This document shows positions 1 to 13,037 of a stretch of DNA of 64,000 nucleotides, one piece after another. Origin of the DNA: Hamiltosporidium tvaerminnensis FI-OER-3-3. Taxonomy: Eukaryota; Fungi; Microsporidia. Both the position numbers and the translations under genes were made by a program. Within the stretch, counting starts at the first letter, position 1. Each line of letters starts with the position of its first letter. The notes under the pieces are model-generated. The model saw nothing but the letters and a program-made list of their open reading frames with translations. It was not told where the DNA came from and did no database searches. The stretch covers positions 62,001 through 126,000 of the forward strand of contig CM061254.1 of the NCBI GenBank assembly GCA_022605425.2, written 5' to 3'.

Positions 1-485
1 CCCCCCCCTGGGCTCCCCCAAGACTATGCAGCATTCCCACTTACTCTACACTTTCTGAACCCAATAAACTTCTAGCTAAGATATATTTCAGAGATTTACA
101 TGGGGTCCACCTAGACAGTGCAATGTCATACCAACAGGTATACCCAGCAACTTAGCGTTCCCGGCTTATAATGGTTTTTAATCTTCTTTGTTAAGTCTTC
201 TAACCTGAGTGAGCACGGCTTGTTTTTATGCTTTTACATGGTAATTACCTACATGTTCAGCTGCGGTCTGCAATCTGGTAACATAAAAAACTACAAATTA
301 ATTCTAGAAAATTTTTCTCCATTTCTTAGACCTCTCCTCTTCATAACAACTCCCATGGAACAACCGAAGATTTAGTGTGGTTTAATTCCCACTAAAAATC
401 CAAACAATGATCTTCACACCAGTTTCACACACTCATTGCCAAGCAGAAAGTTTTTTATGTGTTTATCCTCTCTCCTCAACTGCAT
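1..485 (-). repeat. Partial copy (cut by window edge) of ~690-bp non-coding dispersed element
   Basis: Reverse complement aligns along its length with 49432-49921 (e.g. 1-60 is the reverse complement of gttcagaaagtgtagagtaagtgggaatgctgcatagtcttgggggagcccaggggggg). Confidence 0.9.
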
Positions 486-1822
486 TAAAATAAAATAAAT
501 AATTTATTTCAATTTTTTATAATATTTATGTGAATAGAATATTATTTTATGTTTTTTTTTATTAAAATAAAGGTATTTTCGTTTGCCAAATATTATTTAT
601 TTTACCTTTGATTCTACTTTTTTTTCCTTTTTATCTCAAATATAATTTTTTTATTCTTTCATGAATATATAAGTCATATATACTTATACAGCCATACATA
701 CTTATTCAACCATAAGTATTTATACAGCCATTAGCAAATTTATTTCAATGTTTTATATTTCTTATGAATAACTTTTATTTTTCTTTGGTTTTTTTATTTT
801 ATATTACAAATCTACAAATCCACAAATCAAAATTTCTTAATTTTTTAATTTAAATATTTTTTATCATTTTGTTGTTATTTTTTTTGATCATTTTTCTGCC
901 ATTTTTTTAATTTTATAACTGTCAATCAGTAGTCTTAAAAGGGATATATTATTTAATTAAAAACCGTTATAAAAAAAGAGAGGTATTTTTATAATTGGAT
1001 TTGGATTTCTGCGATTTGAGTTAGATTTATAGAGATAATATTTATATTTTTAAAATTTGATTTATATTTCTGCGATTTTATTTAGATTTAGAATTTGATT
1101 GTATTTTTATAATTTTATTTATATTTATGGGATTTTATTTATATTTTTATAATTTAATTGTATATTTAGAATTTGATTTAGATTTCTGTAATTTGATTTA
1201 TATTTTTACGATGAAATTCATATTTAGAATTTGTTTATAGGTTTGCAATTTAATTGTATTTTTCTAATTTAAAGTTGCATTTTTATTCAAATTTGTGTTT
1301 TTAAGATTTTTATTTATAAGTATCAAGTTTCTTTAGGAAATTAAAAAAATAATTTTATAGTTCAAATCAAAATAAATAAATAAATTTGTATAAATTTAAC
1401 TCAAATTTAAAAATATATCTATTTTAGTAAAAAAAAATATATTATTATTATATACAAATTTTAAAATTTTTATTATTTTTACTTTTTTTGGTAAAAAAAT
1501 ATTTTTTTTTACTAAAATAGATATATTTTATTTATTGTTCCAGTTTATTTCTATATTCTTTTATAGATAAAAGAATTTTAAAGAAGATCTACTGATTAAT
1601 CTTAAATTATTTTTTTTAATTAAAAATATAAAATTTTATTTAAAGATACAAGTCAAGATAAATTTTGACTTTACAAAATATATTTTGAATGATAAATAAT
1701 CTGATTGGTTACTAGAAAAGTATTTTTTTTTCCTTTTTTATATTTTTTATATAAATTTATTTACCGTTTAGTATTTTTTAATTTAATTTTATATTTTTAT
1801 ATCAAATTAGATATCAGAGGGT

Positions 1823-3046
1823 ATGGAAAGTAAAGAAAATATAAAAATATCCAAAATACCGACACACCTACCTAAAAGTAATATTTTAGTATTGATATGG
1901 CAAGATGTAGGTAGTTTATATTCCATTTTTGGAGATCATAAAAAATCAATACATTCTTATGAACGCGCATTGCAACAGAATGAAAGAAATGCTATCATCT
2001 GGTATAAAATTAGTGTCGAATATATTATTTTGTCTAATTATGAATTGGCAATCAAAAATTCTTATCGTTTAAAAGAATTTGATAGCAATGGTTTATATTT
2101 TAATACAATTATTGGACATATTTACCTTAAAAAGGGTGATATAAAAAAATCATATCTCTCTTTTGAGGCAGCTGTTCTTTCAAAAAATGAGATTGATCCT
2201 TTTCTTGCTTATAGTATTGGTTTGTTTTATGAATCAGTTGGTTTATTTGATATTGCTCTTAAATTGTTTTCAAAATCACTCAAAAAGTATTTTTATCACG
2301 ATTTTATAGTTGATCTTGTTTATAGAACAGGTGTGATGGTTAAGGTTACGAACAGTGGATATTCTATCAGAGTATTTAGTGTCTTATTAAGGGAAAGGTT
2401 TTATAGTCGGTTAGAAAAGAAGTCAATAAAAATACAAATTGCTCATCTCTTGGTTTTGATAGGAAAATATAAGGATGCTTTGGATTTAATCACTGATATT
2501 CTAAAAATAGATCAACGATATATATTTGCTTTGCGGTTAAGATGTTATATTTTCTATAAAATGAATGACTTGGTGAATGCTGAACATTCTTGTGTGTTTA
2601 CTATACGAGATCTTGGTGTGGGTGATGCATATATTTGGTATATTTTAGGACTTTGTAAAAGAGAGTCCGGTAATTTTGAGGCAGCTCTTGATCATTTGGT
2701 GATGTCTTCTAGAAAAGATACGAATAATTGGTGGTTATGGAATACTCTGGGTATTCTTTATAGCAAGATTGGACAATACTCTGAGGCAGAGAAAAGTTTT
2801 AATTCCGCGATTAAAACAAACCCACTGTTCTCAGAGGCAGATTATAATCTTAACATTCTTAGAACGGGTAATATGGCTTCGGGTGATATGATAGATTTGT
2901 TTGCAGATATAAGTGAAACATCTTTTTTATCTGCACCCGCGGTATTTGACTATCCCACTCACTATCATTTACGATATAAATACTACAACGGTAGTAACAA
3001 AGTTCTAACCGAATATATGCCTTTTGAAAGCTACTTTCGTACCTGA
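1823..3046 (+). CDS. TPR-repeat protein, Ssn6/Cyc8-like corepressor subunit
   Basis: 407-aa ORF with TPR-like helices. The C-terminal WYILG...WLWNTLGILYSKIGQYSEAEKSFNSAIKTNPLFSEA resembles Ssn6 TPRs. GGG motif just before the ATG. Confidence 0.65.
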   Translation: MESKENIKISKIPTHLPKSNILVLIWQDVGSLYSIFGDHKKSIHSYERALQQNERNAIIWYKISVEYIILSNYELAIKNSYRLKEFDSNGLYFNTIIGHIYLKKGDIKKSYLSFEAAVLSKNEIDPFLAYSIGLFYESVGLFDIALKLFSKSLKKYFYHDFIVDLVYRTGVMVKVTNSGYSIRVFSVLLRERFYSRLEKKSIKIQIAHLLVLIGKYKDALDLITDILKIDQRYIFALRLRCYIFYKMNDLVNAEHSCVFTIRDLGVGDAYIWYILGLCKRESGNFEAALDHLVMSSRKDTNNWWLWNTLGILYSKIGQYSEAEKSFNSAIKTNPLFSEADYNLNILRTGNMASGDMIDLFADISETSFLSAPAVFDYPTHYHLRYKYYNGSNKVLTEYMPFESYFRT

Positions 3047-5109
3047 AAAAAAGATTTAAACCTAAAAATCTTTATAAATCTGTTCTATACACTTTCTATA
3101 TTTATAATTCATCTTTCATTGTAAGTTTCTAGTGTATCCTCATACATTTTTTAATAATTTAAAGTACTTATGTATCGTATGTATATATTATGTTTCTATT
3201 TATTATTATTAATTTTGTTACAAATATAGTAAAATGTATAAAATTTTTTCATCATTTTAATAGAGTAAAAATATTACGTTAGTTAAATAGAAATAAATTG
3301 ATTGTACAAAAATAGCAAATTATTAAATTATTTAGATTTATTGTAATACTTTATGATTGTGACTCAATATTGTAGAAAAAAATACAAAGCTCGTTAAAAA
3401 ACATGTGATTCATTTATCTACAATAATTTTCAAATATTTTTATAATTTTACAATTAAATATGATAGATTCGAGAAAGTTTAATCGAGATGAAAAAAGAAA
3501 ATTATAAGATTATTTTATACAATTATGTTTTATAACATATATAAGATCGATATTCTGTAATAAAAAAATTAGAAGACTATTCTATAAATCAAGACTAATA
3601 ATAACTTGTCATAATACAGTAGAGCTATTAAAAATAATTTTTTTAAATCAAATATGTGTAAATAGATAAATAAATCAAATATCTTTCTTTTCAATAAAAA
3701 ACCTAAAGAGAATTAAAAAAAATTTTCAACGAAATTTGGTTGAGTTTATTAATAAATTATTTCGTATTGCATTTAAAAAATATTCACAAAAAAAATGGTA
3801 TTTCCAACGGTTTTTATTCTTCTAAATTCACTGCAATTGTAATTTTTTTAGATATTAATGTTTTATACTTTTTAAACAAAATATTTATATTGCAATTTTA
3901 TAAGAATTATTTTTGATATTCAAATACATTTTCCAATTTACAGGTCGCTAAACTTATTAGCTCATGAATCATCTTGCCTTCTAAAAAAAGTCCCAGGTCA
4001 AACACTCCATAGATTTTATATCAAATTACAAAAAAGTCTTTTTGAATGTTTAAATAACATCTTTGTATCGAATGATAAAAGTTTTAAACATATGTTTAAA
4101 AAATAAAAAATCATCTTGACAATATTCTTAAAGAAAAATATTCAACTTAATTTCTGGAATTATATGAGTCTTCCAACCACTGAATTCAATAACATTCATA
4201 AATTTAAGTGTGATTTTTTTTCCTGATTTTGGCCCTAATCTCACCGTGTGAACAAACATTTTCTAAAATAGAATACAAAAAAAATATTTACAGATCCAAA
4301 TTAACATAAAAGCACTTGAAGTGGTTATTGATAGTTTCTAGTAGTAAATTAAACACACATTTTCAAAAAATAAAGAGTTGAAAATTTCCAATTGCACCGA
4401 TCTCATATAAAAAATTATGCCTCACTTTTTTTTGTTATCGCAGTTTGTTTTTAAGTATAAAATGATAAAAAATAAGATTTTTGACTTAAAAAAATGTTGA
4501 AAACTAAATAATTTCTTTGTATTATACCTCAATTGAAAATGTTTATACTCTTCTTTTTGTTTAATTTATTTAAAGTTTTTTATTGTATTTTTCTGTTAAA
4601 AAACACCTACTCTACAAAAAAATTACCGGCGGTAAGATAAAATATCTTCGTGGCCTTGGTTTGAAACTCTTGTTGTAAATAATAATTGTACTTCTGAAAG
4701 TGTGAAGAAATAAATCGTAAATTTTTTTAAGTACTAAAAATCAGTTGAACAATAATAAAATTTATCCGAAAAACATATTTTAAGGATTGATATATAGATG
4801 ATTAAAAAGATATTATAGAATAATCTAAGGTTTAAAAAAAACTGGATGGAATTCTATAAACAATAGCGTGTCTTATAATATATATTGTTTTAAGAAGTAT
4901 TAATTCAATAGAAACCAGATTTAATTTTATAATCAACTAGTAGTTTGGTTTCTACTATTTAATATTATTGCCTGGATAAATATTACATCGATTTGATGTA
5001 TAATTTTAATTTTTACATTTGTAAACAAAATATTGATTAACTATAGCTATAAAAACGGAATATAAATTATGGCAAAAAATATAGGCACTTTTGCCTACAA
5101 ACTAATGAA

Positions 5110-5360
5110 TTCCCCCCTCCATGACAAAATAAGAATTGGCTTGGTGTGTTCTCTGCTTGTTGTAAAACGCGACTAAAAGGGACTGGTCCGCAAGATTTGG
5201 TTAGGGTGTTGGGCTGATAACCCACCTTTTAAAACCACCCTGTTTCGAAACCCGAAAAAGTAAACGAACTCATCAGAAAGAGACTGGTAGGCGGTATTAC
5301 CAAGGGAATCCAAGGATCCTGCGGAGCTTCATTGCGAGGATTAATGAACGAATTAATGTA
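5110..5360 (+). mobile_element. Short RTE-related non-autonomous retroposon-like element
   Basis: GC-richer island. ctgcttgttgtaaaacgcgactaaaagg and ggtgttgggctgataacccacc resemble, from memory, invertebrate RTE-associated 5' motifs. Ends in an atgaacgaattaatg-like tail. No ORF. Confidence 0.4.
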
Positions 5361-7089
5361 TTTTCTATTATTGAAATTAACTACGAATTACCAATCTGGC
5401 CAATAAAGTATACGAAGAAAGGCAAATATAATTATTCAAACAATTAAAAGACTCAAGATCATAAAGCCTTATTTTTATTTAACTGAAATTTCACAATCCA
5501 GATGTTTACAATTACAAAAAAAATTGAAGAAATTGACCAAAGCTATTTAAAAAACCAATATAGTTTAAATATGTCTTTTAATATTTCATAAGAAGAAAAT
5601 ATCTCAAATTTACACGTAATAAATCTAAATAAAATATTGCAAATGCAATCATAGGAAATGTATGAAAAACGTTTATCTAGAATAATATCTGATTCTTTTA
5701 TACAAATTTTTAGTTAATCTTATAAATTATCTCGTTCTTTACGCATTTTTTATACCTATAAAAACCAAAGAATCGTATGTTTTAACTATAAAACTTTACC
5801 GAAATTTTATTTGTCTATTTTCTTCGAAAAAAATAGATTTTTCAAAATTATTGCTATGACAGCAGCCAAAATTCTGTAATTTTTTCTATAAAACATATGC
5901 AGGTTACTTATAATTTGCACAAATAAATAAAAGCTTTGTATTATGTAGGTGACTAGATATTATATAAAGAGAAATATTTACGCTAATTAAATATACTCTA
6001 AGAAAATACTGATCGTATTCGACTCTCATATGATATTTAAAAACATTTTGTAAATAGATTCAGTATTTTTTTCAATTAAATTCTAAGAAAAGATAAGGTA
6101 CTGGTTATCCTCATATCCCGCAATCATTTTTTCATAAAGATAGATACATTTTAAAATTCGAATACATGAATATTTTAAGATTCTAATTAAATAAAAAAGC
6201 CAATCTTTATAACTACACACTATGCGGTTTTGAGTAGAAACCAAGACAAATTTAAAACAAAAAAAATATTTGAACATGTATTCTCGTTTCTTGTATTTAA
6301 AAACCATATTTTTAGTATTTCTAACCATCTAGAAGAAATATCAAACCTACTCAAGGAAGTTATAATAAAAAAACAAAACATTTAGACTTTTAAATAAACA
6401 ACTAAAAAATATTTCCTAATTCCGATTTATTTAGATTATAATCATATATTCGACATATTTAATCAGTAAATCAAATATTTAAGTTAAATGTAGTCAAGAA
6501 TATTAGAATTTATATATTTTTGTTCAAAGAAATATTTATTTAATAAATGAGTCATAATTGTTTTCCTTCTGTGTTTAATTAAAAATTCCTAAAATTAATT
6601 ACAATAATTTCTTGATTAAAACAAAAATACTATTAAACAATACAGAATAATTAGTTATCACATTTAAAATTGATGAGTGATTTAATCTAATATACAGGAA
6701 TATCAAGATAATTAAACCAAAACCAGTATGTCAGTTGACATAAATTATCAAACTGTGAATTTTTAAAACATCAGAAATTAAAATATAAATAAAAATGTTA
6801 TAAATTGTATATGAAAAATGCTACACGACAGTGAAAAGATTTATTAGAAATTTTTATGTACAATTTCTATACAAATAAATTGGAAATTTATTTTTTTTTT
6901 ATGAATTAAAACTTTTTTCGAAATTTATTTTTTTTTCAATTACGATCTAAAACTTTTTTCGAAATTTATTTTAATATTTTTAACTTCATTTTTTTTAATT
7001 CCATATTTGTAAATTTATGGTAATTTATTAAGAAATTTATAATTGTTTTTTAAGAAATAAATGAATAAACGAATGTTTTTACTATTTTC

Positions 7090-7578
7090 TCATAAAATTA
7101 TGCAATCTGATTCTTCAAGATATTCCTCTATTTTTCGATGATTTTTATTGAATCTTTTTGGAAATTCCTCGTCTGTTAAATTCTCAGGTTCGAAAGTTGG
7201 ATTACCAGTTGAAGCTCTCGATGAAGAAATTTCGGAGCTAGTTTGTTTACTGGATCCATTTTCTGTAGTGCCCACGGCACCTGAATATTCCGAAGCAGCA
7301 GAATTCGAACTGTTACGAGATCCCCGCTTGGATTTTTTCACTTGTGCTTTTTTATTAGAACTTGACTTTTTTCGTGAAGCTCTTTCCGTAGTCTCCTCGC
7401 TTCTAATACACCCTCTATTTTCTCCATCTTTACGTGCTTTTTCCTCCAATTCCTGGAAACCTTTTAATAATTCGTCCTGCATTTTAAGAAAATCTTCTTG
7501 CTCCTTCGCGCTGATACTTTCCTTTGAAATTGCAATTAAACACATTATTACTGCTGATATCCTCCATAAAAATTTCAT
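7090..7578 (-). CDS. Small secreted-type orphan protein with basic/Ser-rich middle and C-terminal CaaX (CIIL)
   Basis: ATG start, hydrophobic N-terminus MKFLWRISAVIMCLIAIS, RKKSSSNKKAQVKKSKR, ends CIIL-stop. Confidence 0.75.
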   Translation of the reverse strand: MKFLWRISAVIMCLIAISKESISAKEQEDFLKMQDELLKGFQELEEKARKDGENRGCIRSEETTERASRKKSSSNKKAQVKKSKRGSRNSSNSAASEYSGAVGTTENGSSKQTSSEISSSRASTGNPTFEPENLTDEEFPKRFNKNHRKIEEYLEESDCIIL

Positions 7579-8063
7579 GATTAAAATAAAACTTAAGACT
7601 TAAATAGTTTTAAAATGATTTTATTAATTATATCTTTTTAGAAAATTTCCAAAAAAAATATATTTTTTTATTTCTGTTTGAACTTAGAATTTATTAAAAA
7701 AGGAAAAAAAATGATTATTTTGTCCTAAAAAAGCCGGTAATTTCAAAAAACAAGTATTTATGGCAAATAAATTTATGATTTTGATCAAATTAAAGTCAAC
7801 TTAAAATTTATGACAGTTTTCTGATATCAGTTTTTTTATAAAAATGTAATTTAAATCAACTAAAATCATTTTTCTTTAATTTACCGAATATTAAAATATT
7901 TCTTTAAAAAAAGATATTCTGTTAAAAAAATGTTTGAGAATATTTATTTTTTTAAAAAAACATTTTTTTATTTCTTTTTTATCATAGAATTAAAGATAAT
8001 GAATTTACTATTTTTTTTAAAAAATTTTATTCGAAAAATTATAGTTTAATATAGAAATAATAT

Positions 8064-8165
8064 TCTTTACTACTTTTAAATATCTTTACCACTTTTAAAT
8101 ATCTTTACTACTTTTAAATATCTTTACTACTTTTAAATATCTTTACTACTTTTAAATATCTTTAC
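8064..8165. repeat. 19-bp tandem repeat (TCTTTACTACTTTTAAATA) x ~5
   Basis: Directly visible tandem units with one substitution. Confidence 0.9.
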
Positions 8166-8522
8166 TTTTTTTTATTCTCTTTACTACTTTTACTTCTTTT
8201 TAATATTTTCAGTAACTCTAAGATTTAAAGGATTGAGACTAAGATTGAATTTTATTATTTGTAAATAAAGCAATTACCAAGATGTTATACAAATATTTAT
8301 GTATTACCTTATACGATGTATTGCAGTTGTTTTAAAATGTGTAGTTTATAATATTTTATAGATTATATTCTACTTATTATATTGTTAGTCTAAATTTTTT
8401 TATTTAATAAAGAAATTTGAATATTTTGTTCGTTTTATATATTTCTACATAAAAATACGTTTTTAAATAGCAATTTTTCTGTAAAATTATTTTTAAAAGT
8501 TTTATTTGGATAAATATTTATA

Positions 8523-8670
8523 TTTAAGTATTTTTTTAGTGTTTTTATTGTTTCTTAATCTTTAATAATGTTGAAGTCGTAAGATTAGAAATATTTTTAA
8601 GTATTTTTTTAGTGTTTTTATTGTTTCTTAATCTTTAATAGTGTTGAAGTCTTAAGATTAGAAATATTTT
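8523..8670. repeat. ~70-bp tandem duplication
   Basis: tttaagtatttttttagtg...taagattagaaatatttt is present twice with few mismatches. Confidence 0.85.
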
Positions 8671-9023
8671 TGTAAGTTGAAAGGAACTGAAAACATTTTG
8701 ATATTAATCTTGATTATTACTTTATTAGTAAAACAATCAGAGAGAAGATTGACATTACAATATTGATTTAATATATAAGAAGAAAATTATAAATTGAAAA
8801 TATGAACCAATAATCATTTAAATAAATTCATTACTATTAAAAGAAAACAAAATATAATCGATAAATGTAATTTATTTTTAATTTGTACAAAGAAGAATTT
8901 CAGTTTTATACTAATGATTTATCAAACATAATCCGGATTATTTCTTTTATTGTATTTTCTTCTTATAGTTGTACAAATTATAATTTCAATACATAAAATT
9001 TACACGTATCATGTCTCTGATAT

Positions 9024-9218
9024 TACTACTACACTAATTGGCGCCACATTTCTTAAAGAACCTAGGTCTTTTAAAGATTTTTATAATTTATATTATTTCG
9101 TATCGGTTGAGTAACAATATGGTTTTGTGAGATACAAATGTTAGCCCTATGTGCAACCCTCCTACTTTATCCGGGCTCAGAATCAGCAGAGCAGAACTTA
9201 TCGTATCTCTGGCGACGT
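9024..9218 (-). mobile_element. 195-bp RTE-type retroposon fragment with 15-bp target-site duplication
   Basis: TCATGTCTCTGATAT at 9009-9023 and 9219-9233 flanks the insert. (GTA)n-like tail on the minus strand. ggcgccaca...gaacctagg and caaccctcctactttatccgggct resemble RTE 3' regions. Confidence 0.7.
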
Positions 9219-12200
9219 TCATGTCTCTGATATAAAACAAGTTAATCTTACTTCTTACTTGGCTCGGTGTTTGGTTTAAATATCAAAAATACCTTTGATG
9301 CCAATATAACGACCACTAAATATTTTTGGTAAAATCTTTATTTTAAACAATACTTAAATCAATGTAAATAAAAAAAGTTTGAAATAAAAGTAAGAAGAAT
9401 GAGGACTAATTATTAAGATATTTTTGTAATACTTAATTTGTTTTAAGATTTGAATTTTTGGCTGAGCAGCATTAAGTAGTTCCTAAAATATTTAATTTAT
9501 TTACTCAAAAGTAAAATTTTAAAATTATATAATTTACTTATTGCAAGTCAAATTAAATTATTAGCTAACTCTGCGGCGCTACAGTCTTCAGAGAACTCGT
9601 GCCTTATTGTCAATTTATTAAATTATCTTTACAAAAAAAATATAAAGTGTTTAGAACATTTCGACATATGTTTTTATTCTGGTGCTTACTCATTTTTCAA
9701 GAATTTTTTTGAACAGAATGACTCCTAATTCGTTTTGAAGACTCAAATTTATTTTATCTGCTAAAGAAAGTATAAAAAAAATCTTTTATACAGACTTAGA
9801 GTCTATACTTCTACAAACAAAAGACAAATTAATCTGTTTTGTTTGCAGGGTATAATTTAGTAAGATTTTATTTATTAAAAAAATTATTTTTCTAATTTTT
9901 AAAATTATACTATATTGATTCAAAAGATAATTTCAGAACATTAATATATGATATTCCAATAGAATATAATTTGAAATATTGATTAAAACCTAATCTAATA
10001 TATGATAGAGTAATTTTTTTATGGAGACTCATTTCGAAATGTTTAATTATTTCAAAAAATGTATAACTCCGAATACCAGTGTTCGTTTAAGAATAGAATA
10101 CTAGTGATTTGTTTATAAATACTATTAATCAATAGCACCATACAGAAATATTACATTAATCCTTTCTCAATCGTTTTTTAATTTAAAGAATCTTTTTACA
10201 TATTTTTTTTAAATATAATTTCTAGATATAGAAAACATGACATATAAAATGATCATTTTTTATTTTTATCAATTTTTTCGTTTTTTTTTTAAAAAAGATT
10301 AATTCTAGTCATTTTTTTCTAAGAATTTTTACTGATACATAAATACTATAGGTTAATCTGTTCTTTTGATATTCTTATCTTTAATTTATTAATATCTTTT
10401 GTGATAATTTTATGAAGTATTCGTTTCTTAAGTGGTTTCCTTGAATTTTATATCTCATTAAATCAAAGATTATCAATAAAATTATAAGAAAATATACAAC
10501 AAATGGATCAATCAATACATCATGAAAGAGAGAAAAATGTTTTTTTTAGAAAATAAACGTTTACGCAGAGAAATTCCAAAAAAGCCTAAGCAGAATGCCA
10601 TAGAAACGAATAAAAAATTTTAAAGAAAATACAGGTAAAAAGAGCTATCATTCTCAAACTTTTATAACAACTAGAATAGAACTCTATATATAAGCAGTTT
10701 GAAAAAAAAGCCTTCATTTTTAGAACAAAATAGCTCAAGAATGGCTAAGTACTCAGATATGTAAAGACAAAAAATATACTAAAAAAAGATATAGAAGTTA
10801 TAAAATCCTACATAACAACCTTAAGAAATTATAACATACAAATGAAGATTAGACAGATAATATACTTTGTATTCTTTTTGAATGTATAATCATTTTGTTT
10901 CAACAAACATAAAAGTTATTAATTTTGTAAATATGGAGCTTATTTAATAAAATATTTCCGATTTTTGACCTACTGAACATTTCATAATAATTAGCTAATT
11001 GATATTATATTAAGTAAGTTTTAAAATTTTATACACTCTGATAGAATATGCGGCCTTGGGAATTCCGATAATTCATATTTGGAATTCTCAAGAATTTATT
11101 TTTTTAAAAAATATTTGGAGGTTTCATTTCCAAATTAAGTAGTAAAGCGTATCGAGTAGATATATTGCGCTAAAGTATTACTATTAAAATCTCTGAGTTT
11201 ATTATAATTCAATAAATTTCAGTTCGGGTGTATCAGAAGAAAAGAGTTCTTGAATATAGTTCCCTATTAATACTGTCTTAAGCAGTAAGTGATAAAAACA
11301 CTAGTAGTTTATTAAAATAATCTGTTGATGAATATCTGTACAACATTTTAAATCAATTTATATACTCCAAAAATATTATAATAGAATAATTAAGAATATT
11401 GTAAATAAACTTTTAGCTATTTATTAATTTATTTGAAATTAAAATATAATATATTTTCATCTATAAATAGATAATTTAATATATAAGATTATAATATTAT
11501 AAGTTTCACAAACTTGTAAAAAAATATTTTAATGGAAAATTTTCATGCTTTTTTAATATAAAAATACAAAACGTAAGCTTGGAAACAAACTTAATTTGAG
11601 TTTAAACAAAAAAATAACAGAATATGTAAATTAATCTCGTTAAAATTCTCTAAACCTGTCATAATTTCTTGATATTTTTAAGATGTATTTAATACCCTCG
11701 CCACGGCTGTTACCCGTACATTTTTTTGTTTTTTAGATCTGCATTTTAATCCTTCCCCGACCATTTCCATAAAATTTTAGGCGGTTTTAATCAAATAATT
11801 TTCTTCATCTTTGTTCAATTTTTTCTAAAACTTTAACTTAATACTTTCTGTTTTTTGTTCCTGTTCTTATCATTATTTATTGCATTTCGTTTTTTCTTTT
11901 TTCGTGTGCATTCATTCATACAAAGCTTTTGATTTTTCCCAAAAAACCTTTTGTTCCTTATGGTATATCAGCTCATATAATTTGTATGCAACTTTCTAAT
12001 TCTTTTAATTGAATCTTTTAATTTCGTCAAGTATAAAATTCTATAATATTATTAGTAAAAGTTTTTTTATTGAATTATTGTAGAAGATATATATAAATGA
12101 ACACATAAAAAGTTTCAAAAAATTATTCTAATGTATTTTTTATGTATTAGCAATGCTTTAGAAATAAAAGCTATAATAATAGGTTTAACTTAAACCTTAT

Positions 12201-13037
12201 TTTAAGAAAAATTAAAAAAATAAACTTTTAAAGCTATTCTTACACAGAATACACAATCTAGAAAGGTTTTTATTACAATTTTAAGGCAAATATTGTTTTG
12301 AATCAATTAAACATTTTGAGGTTGTATATGTTATAATACTATCACTATTATCGGTTATATAAGGTTTATTAATAAACCAGAAGAATCATGTTCTTATCAG
12401 AAGTTATGTTATTGGTGTCTTACTTTTTTTAAACCAATTAGCAATTGATAGTGGATCGCCATTGAGACATTAATCGATTATATGAACGAAAGAAATTTCG
12501 AGTATATATGGCGAACAGATTACGATGGTAGAGAGAGTGTAACCATATTAAATTCTATCTGTTTGGGTTGAGTGGATAGAATTGGTGTGATAATCATTGT
12601 TAATATTTTTGGAGAAATAAAAATCAAGATGAATCTGTAGGCCAATCAAGTATAATTTCGGGTTCTAACAGATTAGAAGAGGTATGCATATGTAAGTAAG
12701 TATAAACTACGATATTATTCAAATTAAAAACCCGATATATTAATGATTTATTTAATATATAGTATAATATTTAGAATTAAATCGATGGAAAAGGATACGA
12801 AGCATAAAAATTTAATAAATACAAGTATGATTCATACATTTATGGAATATTTCTTTTTTTTAATATAAAATTTAAACATATTTTTTCAATTAATATTAAA
12901 TCAATAATCAAGTTTTTAGTTTAAATATAATAATGTAAACATATTCTCGATTATTTCACAAATTTTGTTTTAATATATAATTCTTAAGACTATAAATATG
13001 ATTGTAAATATTTTTTTGTTAAATTATAAATATTATT

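Noticed and set aside
3985-4450. Possible further decayed REL-domain fragment (LTWD on the minus strand)
   Set aside because: Only one clear tetrapeptide anchor. It needs tBLASTn before it can be claimed.
7148-7603. 151-aa plus-strand ORF
   Set aside because: TTG start and antisense shadow of the 7090-7578 gene.
11692-11722. Helitron-like hairpin acggctgttacccgt
   Set aside because: No adjacent CTRR terminus or helicase remnant seen.
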